Below, piece after piece: positions 45,476 through 61,632 of a stretch of DNA of 64,000 nucleotides. Made by a program: the position numbers and the translations under genes. The stretch's first letter is position 1. Each line of letters opens with the position of its first letter. Under the pieces are notes generated by a model that was not told the DNA's origin, made no database searches, and saw only the letters and a program-made list of their open reading frames with translations. Source of the stretch: the human T2T-CHM13v2.0 reference genome, Homo sapiens; the NCBI RefSeq assembly GCF_009914755.1, contig NC_060927.1; one strand, given 5' to 3'.

Positions 45476-45517
<42 letters not shown>
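45447..45517. repeat. Interrupted (CA)n microsatellite
   Basis: Two CA runs separated by CGCATG. Confidence 0.95.
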
Positions 45518-46720
<1,203 letters not shown>

Positions 46721-47411
46721 CCTAAATTTTCAGTGGACTTATGAGCTGATAAAATTGGTTTAGACTGTTAATTTATTGGTGACTTATTTGGACTTTCCTT
46801 ATTTCTCAAGGTTATGATAGTTCATTTTAAATCCCTCGGTGGTAGTTCAAACTTTGACTCCCATTTTTATCTGCTTTTTGATTCCTTTTCACCTCCATAC
46901 CTTCTTAGCAACAATGAAGCAAATGTCTGGATTTGTATTAATCTGTGTCCTTCAGAATCTTCTACTCACATCTCAGTCAGCAGGTGTAGGTTAGCATATA
47001 AACCTGTAGGATTCTTACCATTTTATTAGACTCTCGTGACAATTTGGCAAGAAGCATTTAGTGTTTTCCTTGTTTCCAGCCAGCCTTTGCCTGAAAATGA
47101 ATCTACCTCAGTTTCCTAGAGATTGATCATTTTCAAAGAGAAAAGTCAGGAGCTTTTATATCACCACTTCCAACTCCTTTTGCTAACTAATTCTTCGATA
47201 ATAGATGATATTCTCTGTATAAAGGTTTTACATCTTTTTGTCAAGATTTGGCTCCCACATTTCCAATAAAATGCTCCACTTTTGAGTGATGACCTCAGTT
47301 AGCTGTATTGTGCCTTGCCCTCGAAACTGATGTCACCATAACCTGGGGAGCCTGGCAGGACAGGGTCTACCTTCATTTTCATGATGAGGAGGTAGAGGCT
47401 GGGAAAGCCGG

Positions 47412-47794
47412 TGTATTAGTCTGTTCACATGTTGCTATAAATAACTGCCTGAGATTGGGTAGTTTATAAAGGAAAGAGGTTTAATTGACTCACAGTTCTG
47501 CATGGCTGCGGAGGCCTCAGTAAACTTATTAATACAATCATGGCGAAAGGGGAAGCAAACACATCCTTCTTCACATGGCAGCAGGAGAGAGAAGTGCAGA
47601 ACAAAGGGAGAAAAAGCCCTTTATAAAACCATCAGATCTCCTGAGAACTTGCTCACTATCACAAGAACAGCATGGGGGAACCTCCTCCATGACCTAATCA
47701 CCTCCAATGAGGTCCCTCCCCAAACACTTGGGGATTACAATTCAGATTACAATTCAAGATGAGATTTTGGGTGGGGCACAGACAAATCATATCA
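47412..47794 (-). mobile_element. THE1D-like solo LTR
   Basis: TGTATTAGTC...AAATCATATCA, 383 bp; TSD GCCGG/GCCAG at 47407-47411 and 47795-47799. Confidence 0.85.
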
Positions 47795-49382
47795 GCCAGT
47801 AAGAAGCCTTTGTCAGTCATACAGGTAATTAGTTGGTTAGTGATAGGAACAGGGTTTGGGCCTCCTGGCTCTTTGACTAGAGCTTTTTCTCCTTTACATG
47901 TTTTCTCTTGGCAATGTCCAAAATCTATGCTCCTAGCCATCTTCAAAGTGACATTTCCTTCATTCACAATAATGGATTGAGAAGCTGCTATAGGTCCAGA
48001 CCACGACAGCCACTGGGGACAAAGACAAATATTGGCCTCAAGGTTCTTATGTTTGGTTAAAAAAACTAGATATTAGATATTACAGATATTGTAGAAACCA
48101 GATATTAGATAGCAGAGATTTGATATTATAGAAAAGGAAGGTGGAAAATTTCTTCAGAGGCACCTCAGTGGTCTTCAGGATCTTTTTTGTTTTAATTCTC
48201 TGCAGTTTTTTGTACAGGATCTGCTTTTTTTTTTTTTTTTTTTTTTTTTACTATTGGAAGTTTTAAATATATGTCCATGATAATTTCTTTGATTCTAGAG
48301 CCAGCATAGGTCTGGGGAAGTTTTAGGAGGACAGATATCAGACCCTACCTTACACGATTCCATCCTTCAATGTTGTCTTTCTTTGTACATCTACAAAATG
48401 GAGAGAGCCAATGTGTCACCCTGGGATGAGTTCACTGAGAAGCAGAGAATACAGGGAATCCTTGTGAATCCCTTAGAATCCTTAGAACAGAAAAATGAGA
48501 TTAGAATTGGTAAAAGATGTGTGATCTCTATCAGGTCTTAACTTCATGGACTTTTGTTTTGGGAAATAGGACTTGACCTTGGATGGGTCAAATAATGAAT
48601 GGTATTTTAGAGGCATCTTCTTTATTATCCATGTTGGTTGATGTAACTTCATTCTCATCATAAGCAAGTTGATATTTATCTAATATGTACCTGTATCAGT
48701 AGTTACAGTATTGAAGTTATTCCACATCAGGTAGTAATAACTGCTGCCTCATGAGAACATTCACCTCTGCTCTCTCAGTGTCTTCCCTGGGACAGGTTTC
48801 CCCATTCCCACTTCCAAATCCAGCAACCCAAGGATTAGTTCTTGGTGCAGCAAGGACACTGGTTGCCACATATTTTGAATATCTCTTTTTCTATAGTTAT
48901 TATTATACTGTAGTTCTTAATTTCTTGCCAATCAATTGCACAATTCTTACTCTAAAATACCCTTATACCTTAGAAGTTGGCAAACCGACCATTAAGCTAT
49001 ATTTCAAAACCATGACATCAAGTGAAAAATCACAATCTTAATTTTTAAATTTAAAATAGTAAATGTGTATAGACAGTGTTCTTATTCCTGTATGCTTGAT
49101 AGAGGAGCTGCTTATTTTTGGAATATAGAGACGACAGATCAAGAGGAAAATTTATTTTATTTTATTTTATTTTTTTTATTATACTCTAAGTTTTAGGGTA
49201 CATGTGCACATTGTGCAGGTTAGTTACATATGTATACATGTGCCATGCTGGTGCGCTGCACCCACTAGTGTGTCATCTAGCATTAGGTATATCTCCCAAT
49301 GCTATCCCTCCCCCCTCCCCCGACCCCACCACAGTCCCCAGAGTGTGATATTCCCCTTCCTGTGTCCATGTGATCTCATTGT

Positions 49383-53234
<3,852 letters not shown>

Positions 53235-53273
53235 TCATTAGTTGATGCAGTTTCTTCCTAGTCTCGATGGTCT

Positions 53274-54290
53274 TTACATTTTGGCATGATTTTGCAGCGG
53301 CTGGTACCGGTTGTTCCTTTCCATGTTTAGCGCTTCCTTCAGGAGCTCTTTTAGGGCAGGCCTGGTGGTGACAAAATCTCTCAACATTTGCTTGTCTATA
53401 AAGTATTTTATTTCTCCTTCACTTATGAAGCTTAGTTTGGCTGGATATGAAATTCTGGGTTGAAAATTCTTTTCTTTAAGAATGTTGAATATTGGCCCCC
53501 ACTCTCTTCTGGCTTGTAGGGTTTCTGCCGAGAGATCCGCTGTTAGTCTGATGGGCTTTCCTTTGAGGGTAACCCGACCTTTCTCTCTGGCTGCCCTTAA
53601 CATTTTTTCCTTCATTTCAACTTTGGTGAATCTGACAATTATGTGTCTTGGAGTTGCTCTTCTCGAGGAGTATCTTTGTGGAGTTCTCTGTATTTCCTGA
53701 ATCTGAACGTTGGCCTGCCTTGCTAGATTGGGGAAGTTCTCCTGGATAATATCCTGCAGAGTGTTTTCCAACTTGGTTCCATTCTCCACATCACTTTCAG
53801 GTACACCAATCAGACGTAGATTTGGTCTTTTCACATAGTCCCATATTTCTTGGAGGCTTTGCTCATTTCTTTTTATTCTTTTTTCTCTAAACTTCCCTTC
53901 TCGCTTCATTTCATTCATTTCATCTTCCATTGCTGATACCTTTTCTTCCAGTTGATTGCATCGGCTCCTGAGGCTTCTGCATTCTTCACGTAGTTCTCGA
54001 GCCTTGGTTTTCAGCTCCATCAGCTCCTTTAAGCACTTCTCTGTATTGGTTATTCTAGTTATACATTCTTCTAAATTTTTTTCAAAGTTTTCAACTTCTT
54101 TGCCTTTGGTTTGAATGTCCTCCCGTAGCTCAGAGTAATTTGATCGTCTGAAGCCTTCTTCTCTCAGCTCGTCAAAATCATTCTCCATCCAGCTTTGTTC
54201 TGTTGCTGGTGAGGAACTGCGTTCCTTTGGAGGAGGAGAGGCGCTCTGCGTTTTAGAGTTTCCAGTTTTTCTGTTCTGTTTTTTCCCCAT
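53274..54290 (-). CDS. LINE-1 ORF1p RNA-binding chaperone, 338 aa
   Basis: MGKKQNRK...NHAKM; REKG, ARR and YPAKLS motifs intact; 63-bp spacer to ORF2. Confidence 0.98.
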   Translation of the reverse strand: MGKKQNRKTGNSKTQSASPPPKERSSSPATEQSWMENDFDELREEGFRRSNYSELREDIQTKGKEVENFEKNLEECITRITNTEKCLKELMELKTKARELREECRSLRSRCNQLEEKVSAMEDEMNEMKREGKFREKRIKRNEQSLQEIWDYVKRPNLRLIGVPESDVENGTKLENTLQDIIQENFPNLARQANVQIQEIQRTPQRYSSRRATPRHIIVRFTKVEMKEKMLRAAREKGRVTLKGKPIRLTADLSAETLQARREWGPIFNILKEKNFQPRISYPAKLSFISEGEIKYFIDKQMLRDFVTTRPALKELLKEALNMERNNRYQPLQNHAKM

Positions 54291-55195
54291 CTTTGTGGTT
54301 TTATCTACTTTTGGTCTTTGATGATGGTGATGTACAGATGGGTTTTCGGTGTAGATGTCCTTTCTGTTTGTTAGTTTTCCTTCTAACAGACAGGACCCTC
54401 AGCTGCAGGTCTGTTGGAATACCCTGCCGTGTGAGGTGTCAGTGTGCCCCTGCTGGGGGGTGCCTCCCAGTTAGGCTGCTCGGGGGTCAGGAGTCAGGGA
54501 CCCACTTGAGGAGGCAGTCTGCCCGTTCTCAGATCTCCAGCTGCGTGCTGGGAGAACCACTGCTCTCTTCAAAGCTGTCAGACAGGGACACTTAAGTCTG
54601 CAGAGGTTACTGCTGTCTTTTTGTTTGTCTGTGCCCTGCCCCCAGAGGTGGAGCCTACAGAGGCAGGCAGGCCTCCTTGAGCTGTGGTGGGCTCCACCCA
54701 GTTCGAGCTTCCGGGCTGCTTTGTTTACCTAAGCAAGCCTGGGCAATGGCGGGCGCCCCTCCCCCAGCCTCGTTGCCGCCTTGCAGTTTGATCTCAGACT
54801 GCTGTGCTAGCAATCAGCGAGATTCCGTGGGCGTAGGACCCTCCGAGCCAGGTGTGGGATATAGTCTCGTGGTGCGCCGTTTCTTAAGCCGGTCTGAAAA
54901 GCGCAATATTCGGGTGGGAGTGACCCGATTTTCCAGGTGCGTCCGTCACCCCTTTCTTTGACTCGGAAAGGGAATTCCCTGACCCCTTGCGCTTCCCAGG
55001 TGAGGCAATGCCTCGCCCTGCTTCGGCTCGCGCACGGTGCGCACACACACTGGCCTGCGCCCACTGTCTGGCACTCCCTAGTGAGATGAACCCGGTACCT
55101 CAGATGGAAATGCAGAAATCACCGTCTTCTGCGTCGCTCAGGCTGGGAGCTGTAGACCGGAGCTGTTCCTATTCGGCCATCTTGGCTCCTCCCCC
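54291..55195. promoter_or_regulatory. L1 5'UTR: CpG-rich sense promoter (minus strand) and antisense promoter (plus strand)
   Basis: High CpG retention; YY1 site CAAGATGGCCG intact at about 55174-55184. Confidence 0.9.
54746..54961 (+). CDS. LINE-1 ORF0, 71 aa
   Basis: MAGAPPPASLPPCSLISDCC...RHPFL; internal donors CAG|GTGTGG (54851/2) and CAG|GTGCGT (54936/7). Confidence 0.9.
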   Translation: MAGAPPPASLPPCSLISDCCASNQRDSVGVGPSEPGVGYSLVVRRFLSRSEKRNIRVGVTRFSRCVRHPFL

Positions 55196-58100
55196 AAGAG
55201 GAAAATTTAAATGGAATCAAGCATAAGGGAGCCTGGCGTACCTGAGGTGCTCTGTGAACACTGGTGGTTGGTCCTGTTGGAGGCAAGGTTGCTTCATGGG
55301 AAGGGGAGAGCCACTCAGTGGACATCAACTATCATCCCCATGTGTTTCATTATAACGGCAACCTTCTTTGTTCATTGACATCTTCTCTGCACCTCATCTT
55401 TGCCAACAGAGCTCTGGGTAGTGATCTCACAGGAACTGGCTTTAGCTGTTCTTGACAATTCTCCTTTTTGGACATGGACTCAAGCCCATCTACTGTGTTT
55501 CTGACTGATCTTCTTTGTGTTCAGGTTTCACCAGATACAACCCCAAGTCTTTCTGAGATCAATACTTTCTTAATGTCAAGACCCCAGCCCTTAGTTCATG
55601 CTCAGTTAACATGGTTTTTCTTAACTGTCGGAAAGACTAGACTCATTAAATTATTTTATAGTTGAATTAAAAACATTTCTATCCAATCTCCATGAGCATA
55701 TACTTCAGTATACAATTTCATGTATCTGCTATTTACACACAGCAGCTGCACATTTTTAGCTACTGAGGTGTTTGACTGCTTTTCAGCTTCAGAAAAAAGT
55801 AATCACATCTGGTGTGAGATGTGCAGAATGGCAGTCCTTGTATTTTCTCTTGCTCTTTCGCTATAATGAATGTCATACTAGTAGCCAGTCAAAAGCATGT
55901 TCACCTAAAATGATTCCTTTTACAAACAAGAAACAGGACTTTGAGTGCTGTACATCAGTTGTCAGGCTAATAAGATAATCTGCTTTTCATTTCAAAGTCT
56001 GTACTCTAATCTGAAAGCAGAAATCTTCTCTCTTCTCTTTGCAGTAGTCACTGGATAAAGATTCTGTTATCATAATCCTATTAAAATGTATTCACTTTTA
56101 CAGTACACCTTGGTAATAGTATTATCCTTCTAAGCACCTAAGGAGAAGAGTGATAGAAGACAAATCTATTCAAAATTTCAGGAAAAAATAGTTGCAGAGA
56201 TTGGGTACGGTAAAAGCTTGGAAATGAATAGCAACTAATATCTGTAACAGGAAAGAGTAAGCATTAATTCATGAATTAGGCTTCTATTTAGGCTCTGATT
56301 GGGAAAGGTAGTAATTTTCCTACTGAAATGTCCCATACCAATCACATGGGTCTGCATGGGTGAATGCTGGCTAAACTGAATTTCTTGAGCACTGATACTC
56401 ACCTGTGGCATTTCTAATACATTACTGTTTATTGGCACTAATGGCTTTGAAGTTGCAACACCATTTTAAAAAATAAATAGTTAGCTTTGATAGGAGATGT
56501 GCAATCAGAACCATCATTAATGAATTGACTGCTGAGAATAGTAGCTAGTGCCCAAACTTTTAGTTGGTATAGATATTGTGCTTTCTTCTCTTCATTTTGT
56601 ATGAGGAATTAAAATTCCTGGTGACTTCTGACATTTTTGCCTTGAGTGAGGGGATCTCCAACTTCCCCACTCAGATGAACCAGGGGTGGTAGATTTTATT
56701 CTTGATATGATCATCCTGTATTGATCTAACTTCATTGATATAAAAGCTACATAAAATGATTTGCCATTTCCACAGGCCTTCCTCTACACATTTTTGCTTC
56801 AAATCAAAGTGCATTTTCAAGCATCTCTGTATCTTACACTAGCCTCTAGCACTAGGCTTTTCATTTATTTCTACATAGGTCTGTCTATTGTGAATTAATG
56901 GTATATTTCAGTTATGTCTCTGATTCACATCATGGAAAATTATCCACTTTCATTCACAAAGATTTCACCTGAAGATTTTTTTACAAATTAGTATAAACGT
57001 AATGTTTAATGTTATTAAATGTCCTCTCAGTTGTAAAACGTATACACAATATTTGTATATTTGCAGGAAATACGTGGTTTTCCTGTCTTTTACATTTTAA
57101 AAACCTGGAGAATTACTTCTTTTGTAGGTAAATTGACTTGACTTATGCTTTCCCCTTTTAGGCACTGTCATATGATTTGATAGACATTTATAAAGCTTCC
57201 TGAGATATGTCATACTCCACTCTTGAGGTACTTGGTGACTAAATTAAACACAAAATGGAGTTGTCATAACTTATGGCTTGAATTAAGGGTATTTTAGGAT
57301 CGACATTCTGCTCATCTAAAGAGCAAACATGTTTTACAGGACAATTTAGGACAAAAAGCCCAAACTAAAGCTCACCATTTTGAAATAAAATATTTATGGA
57401 ACAAGTTTTGTATTTTCCTTTTCTGGACTAAGTCTAAAATTCCATAATGTGGATATTTCTCATAGAAACTTTCCAGGAATCATTCCAGTGCTGACATTTA
57501 ATCACCCACTTGTCCATGGTGTTTCACATCTAAGTTGCTGGTTTGCTGGGACAGAAGCAGCACTCTCCTCTTTATATCAGAAAGGAACACTTTAAATGCC
57601 CAGCAACTGCTGAAGCTTAAATCTGGAATAGGTACATTGTTTTGAGAAGTAATAATGCTAGGTAGTTGTAGTTTTCCGTTTTGAAATGGAAATACTGCAT
57701 TGGTTTAATTTAATGTATATTCAAATTGCATACACCTATGTGGATTTCTTTGCTTCATTTCATTTTTGGGGCCCCATCTAGTGAGGCAGAGAGAGCCTTC
57801 ATCCAGTCTCTGTGCTTCTTGGCCTATAGGCCTCAGCAGGGCTGGTTGATGGGGAGTGGATAGTTTAGAAATGAGCAAAGCAGATATGGGCTGTGGCCTC
57901 ATGGGGATATCAAGCCATAAAGGGCCATTTACTCTTCCCCAAATGTCCCATAAATATTCTTTCCTAGGACTGCTGGTGATCCAGTCTCTGGCCTTCTCCC
58001 ACTTCAGCCCTCTTGTTGTTCCTTCTCTTGGGACCTGGATTTAGAAGTGAGCTAACCCACTCCTTAGTTCTTTGTACACTTTCACTGACAGTCCATGCAA

Positions 58101-59199
58101 GGTCCCTCTCTTGTGAGTTTATTTTCTTCTTAGCTCCTAATGATAACACTCATCCCTCTTCCCCAAATCACCCACTAGAATGTGTTCAGTATGAGTACAG
58201 TGATGTGTGATTCTTTATAAAATACATAGTCACTGTGTGTAAGTGTAATTGTATGTGTTAATGTGCTATAGTTCTTATTCTTTCTTACCTTTTCCCTTTA
58301 ATACATTTTAAATATCTATTCATGTATGTATAGCCAGTTCATTACTTCTACTACTGCATAGTTGCTTTGGAATAAATCCCCCATGCATTATTTACCTGTT
58401 CTCCTGGAGCTCCTGCCCACCTTAGTGGCCTCCTCGCCCGCCATTTTTCCACACCGTGCCATTCTAGCCATGGAATGTCTTCTCTGCATTCCTCTAAAGA
58501 AGTAGAAGATCTTTGCAACTCCTGTTTGCCCTTGTGAGCACCACCTAAGTAGCACTTATTATTATACATCCTTAGATTTCTCTTTAAATGTAATTTAATT
58601 CAGGAAACCTTTTCTGATCTTCCCTTCAGAATATGTTTAACCGTCTGTTCTGTGCTTATTATACCCTGTACTTTCCTTATTGAAACCAAGGTCACACATT
58701 GTTATAATGCTGTACTAGTCAATAAGCTCCCAAGTGCCTGGCTCATGTCTGCCTTCCTCCGGGTTGAATGGTTGACTTCTCAGTAATTAGCCCAATGTCT
58801 GGAACATAGTAGATATTCGATAAAAATGTTTTGTTGATTGAATAAACAAATGTGTGAATGAAATCAAGACATGGCCACTGAATCCAAGAAGTTCTTAGTG
58901 CACCCAATGACACAACCAGTAAGTAATAGCATTTCCATGTTACTGAGAAGGAAACTGAAGCTCTGAAAGATAAAATAAATTGTTAAAGTCACATATATAT
59001 AAGTTATGGAGTTGGGATTTGAACACGTGTTTATCTGACTCTGTATGGTCATATTTTAGACTCAGAAGCCTTTGGGGACTCAAGTATGGCTTTTTCTCAT
59101 GGATGAATTTGTTACAATTACCACCCTCCTACCTGTGGATATCTACCATTGCTTTGTCCACCTCTTCTGGAGCTGTAGGCTGACGGGGAAGATAACAGA

Positions 59200-60310
59200 C
59201 TAATTCATTAAGACAATTTTATTGAGCATCTACTACATCCTGGGTACTATCTCAGGACACAATGGTAGGGGTAACCAGCAAAATCTCTGTCTCAGTGGAG
59301 CTTACACTCTCATGGGGGGAGACAAGGAGTAAGTAAAGGTAGAGTTGTGGATGATGTTAAGAGGCTTGAGAGTGAGCCTCTGCTGGTAGTGGATATTTAG
59401 ACTGTTTGGTCAGGACATTTGAATAAAGATGTGAATGAGGAGGAGCCAGCCATGAAAAAATCCAAGGCAAGAGTGATCCAGAGAAAACACTGGGGCTGGG
59501 GTGGAGGGTGGGAAAACACGTCTGGTGGTATAAGGAAGAACAAAGAGGCCCCTGAGATTGCAGCTTGGTGAACACATGTGGGAGTAGAGGAGATAAAGTG
59601 GACAGATAGATAGATACATCACACGCAGCCGTATAGGACATGATGAGGACTTTGGATATCATCGTAAGTGTAGCAGGAAGCCATCTGAAGGTTTTTAAGC
59701 CAGGGAGTTATGTGATCTATGTTTTCAAAAAGATCAGTTTGGCTGATAAGGGAAAAAAGAGTAGAAGGAGAGTGACCAATTAGGAGATTATTTCAACAGC
59801 CTGAAGTTGTGGCTGTAAGAATGGTGAGAAGTTGTCAGATCTGGATACATTTCAGAAGTAGAGCAAATAACATTTGCTAGTTCATGGAATGTGTGTATGT
59901 AGGAGAAGAGGAGAATGGAATTGGGGAGGTGAGAGAAAGGAACTAAGGTGAATTGACTACAGGGGAATGAGAGGGAAAGGCTTACAATGGAGCAGGTTTC
60001 AAGTGGAAGGCTGGGAGCTCTGTTTTGGACATGCTTGGTTTGAGATATCTGCTAGACATTCAGAGACCTTGTCAAGTAGGAAGTTAGAATAATAGCCCAG
60101 GGCTCAGAGGAGAGGTTAGATCTTGAGATATAAACATGAGAGTTGTCTGTATAAAGATGGTGCTAAAGCCAGACCCTTGGAGAAGATCATTCAAGGAGTG
60201 AGGGAAGCTAGAGAAGAGAGTGGAGGGCTTAGCCTCAGAATACCTCACCACTTAGTCAGGAATTTGAGGAGCAACCAGCAAGAGAGATTGAAGGAATGGC
60301 CATTGAGGTA
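59200..60310 (-). mobile_element. L2 fragment(s)
   Basis: TTTATTGAGCATCTACTA...GGAGCTTACACTCT...GGAAGCCATCTGAAGGTTTTTAAGC...TTTTGGACATG. Confidence 0.75.
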
Positions 60311-60379
60311 GGAGGGTGGAGTGGGGTGGGGGAAGCGGGGAGAGAGAGAGATATTTACTACTATTAGAATCTTTATTTC

Positions 60380-60690
60380 ACCCACTGAACACCAAATGTT
60401 TGGGGTTTTTCCTTACACCAACAAGCCTGTAATTCTCCAGACACTAACTAGGTGTCCTACAATTAAATTCAATTATAACACTATCTACGTAGAGTTAGTG
60501 TCATACCCCACAAGTTAGGGGCTCACTTCCATAAGACTGCCCCCATTTTAGACACCAATCACAAGTTTAGGCCACCCATATTTCTGACTGACCAGCTATG
60601 AATTGGGGTTCCCGTGACCCCTTCTTTGGGTTTGATAATTTGTTAATGGCTCACAGAACTATTCTATTTCACAGAAAATAGTTTACTTAA
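60380..60690. mobile_element. MER21-like LTR fragment
   Basis: GACACTAACTAGGTGTCCTACAATT...CCCACAAGTTAGGGGCTCA...TCTGACTGACCAGCTAT. Confidence 0.7.
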
Positions 60691-60924
60691 AGCTAATGTA
60701 TATGCTTTTTCATTTGCTGTTTATAATTTTATAAATCAAGTCTGCTTTATAGGAGCCACAGGTCCTATTACTTTGACTGTACAGATAGGATTACTTTTGT
60801 GAAGTCAAATATTCTGTTGTTCTGCAAATTATGACCCCTACTTTTTTTTCTTAGAGTTGTTATTCATATTCAAAGTGTCCTTTCTTTCTCAAGTAAAACT
60901 CTCATTCCTTTATCTGCCCTACCT

Positions 60925-61289
60925 GCTGTGGTTTAAATTTTTGTGTCTCCTCTACCCCAAACTTCATAAGTTAAAAATCCTAACTCCCAAGGCTGTAGTA
61001 TTAGGAGGTAGGGCCTTCAGAAAAGTGATTAAATGGTAAGGGCAGGGCCCTTATGAATAGGCTTAGTGACCTTATAAAAAAGACCCCAGAGAGCTAGCTA
61101 GTCCCTTTTGCCATTTGTGGACACAGCTAGAAGATACTTTCCAGTAACCAGGAGGTTGACCTCACCAGACAGCAAATGTGCTGGCACCTTAATCTTGGAC
61201 TTTCCCTTTCCAAAACTGTGAAAAATAATTTTTTTATCAGCTATCCAGTTTATAGTATTTTGTTATATGACCCCAAGGCGACTGAGATG
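60925..61289 (+). mobile_element. MLT1A/MST-like solo LTR
   Basis: TGCTGTGGTTTAAAT...AATCCTAACTCCCAAGG...GCTGGCACCTTAATCTTGGACTT...GACTGAGA. Confidence 0.75.
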
Positions 61290-61409
61290 CTACCTAACTG
61301 CTTAAGGGGCTTAAAGCCTTTAAATTTATTTTCTGAGAAGTGACAATCTACCAGATAATGAAGCTTCTGTCCAATTCATTTAAGAACGGTGTGGCTGAGT
61401 CTGATAATA

Positions 61410-61632
61410 CTATTAATAATAATTTATTTAGCATTTGCCATTTGCCAGGCATTGCTCTAAGTGCTTTACATTTATTAACTAATCCTAAGGGCAACCAATG
61501 AGCTAAGTTCAGTTGGTACTCCATTTTATGGATGAAGAAACTGACGTACAGAGAGGGTTAGCACATTACCAAAAATCAAGCATCTAGTAAGTGGGGGACA
61601 TGAGCACCCAACGCCTGAGCTTTCTAACCAAC
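61410..61632 (-). mobile_element. MIR
   Basis: TGCCAGGCATTGCTCTAAGTGCTTTACAT...CCATTTTATGGATGAAGAAACTGA. Confidence 0.75.

Noticed and set aside
48226-48249. Isolated poly-T (also poly-A at 61809-61838 and 63332-63352) as orphan retro-insertions
   Set aside because: No convincing TSD or element body found.
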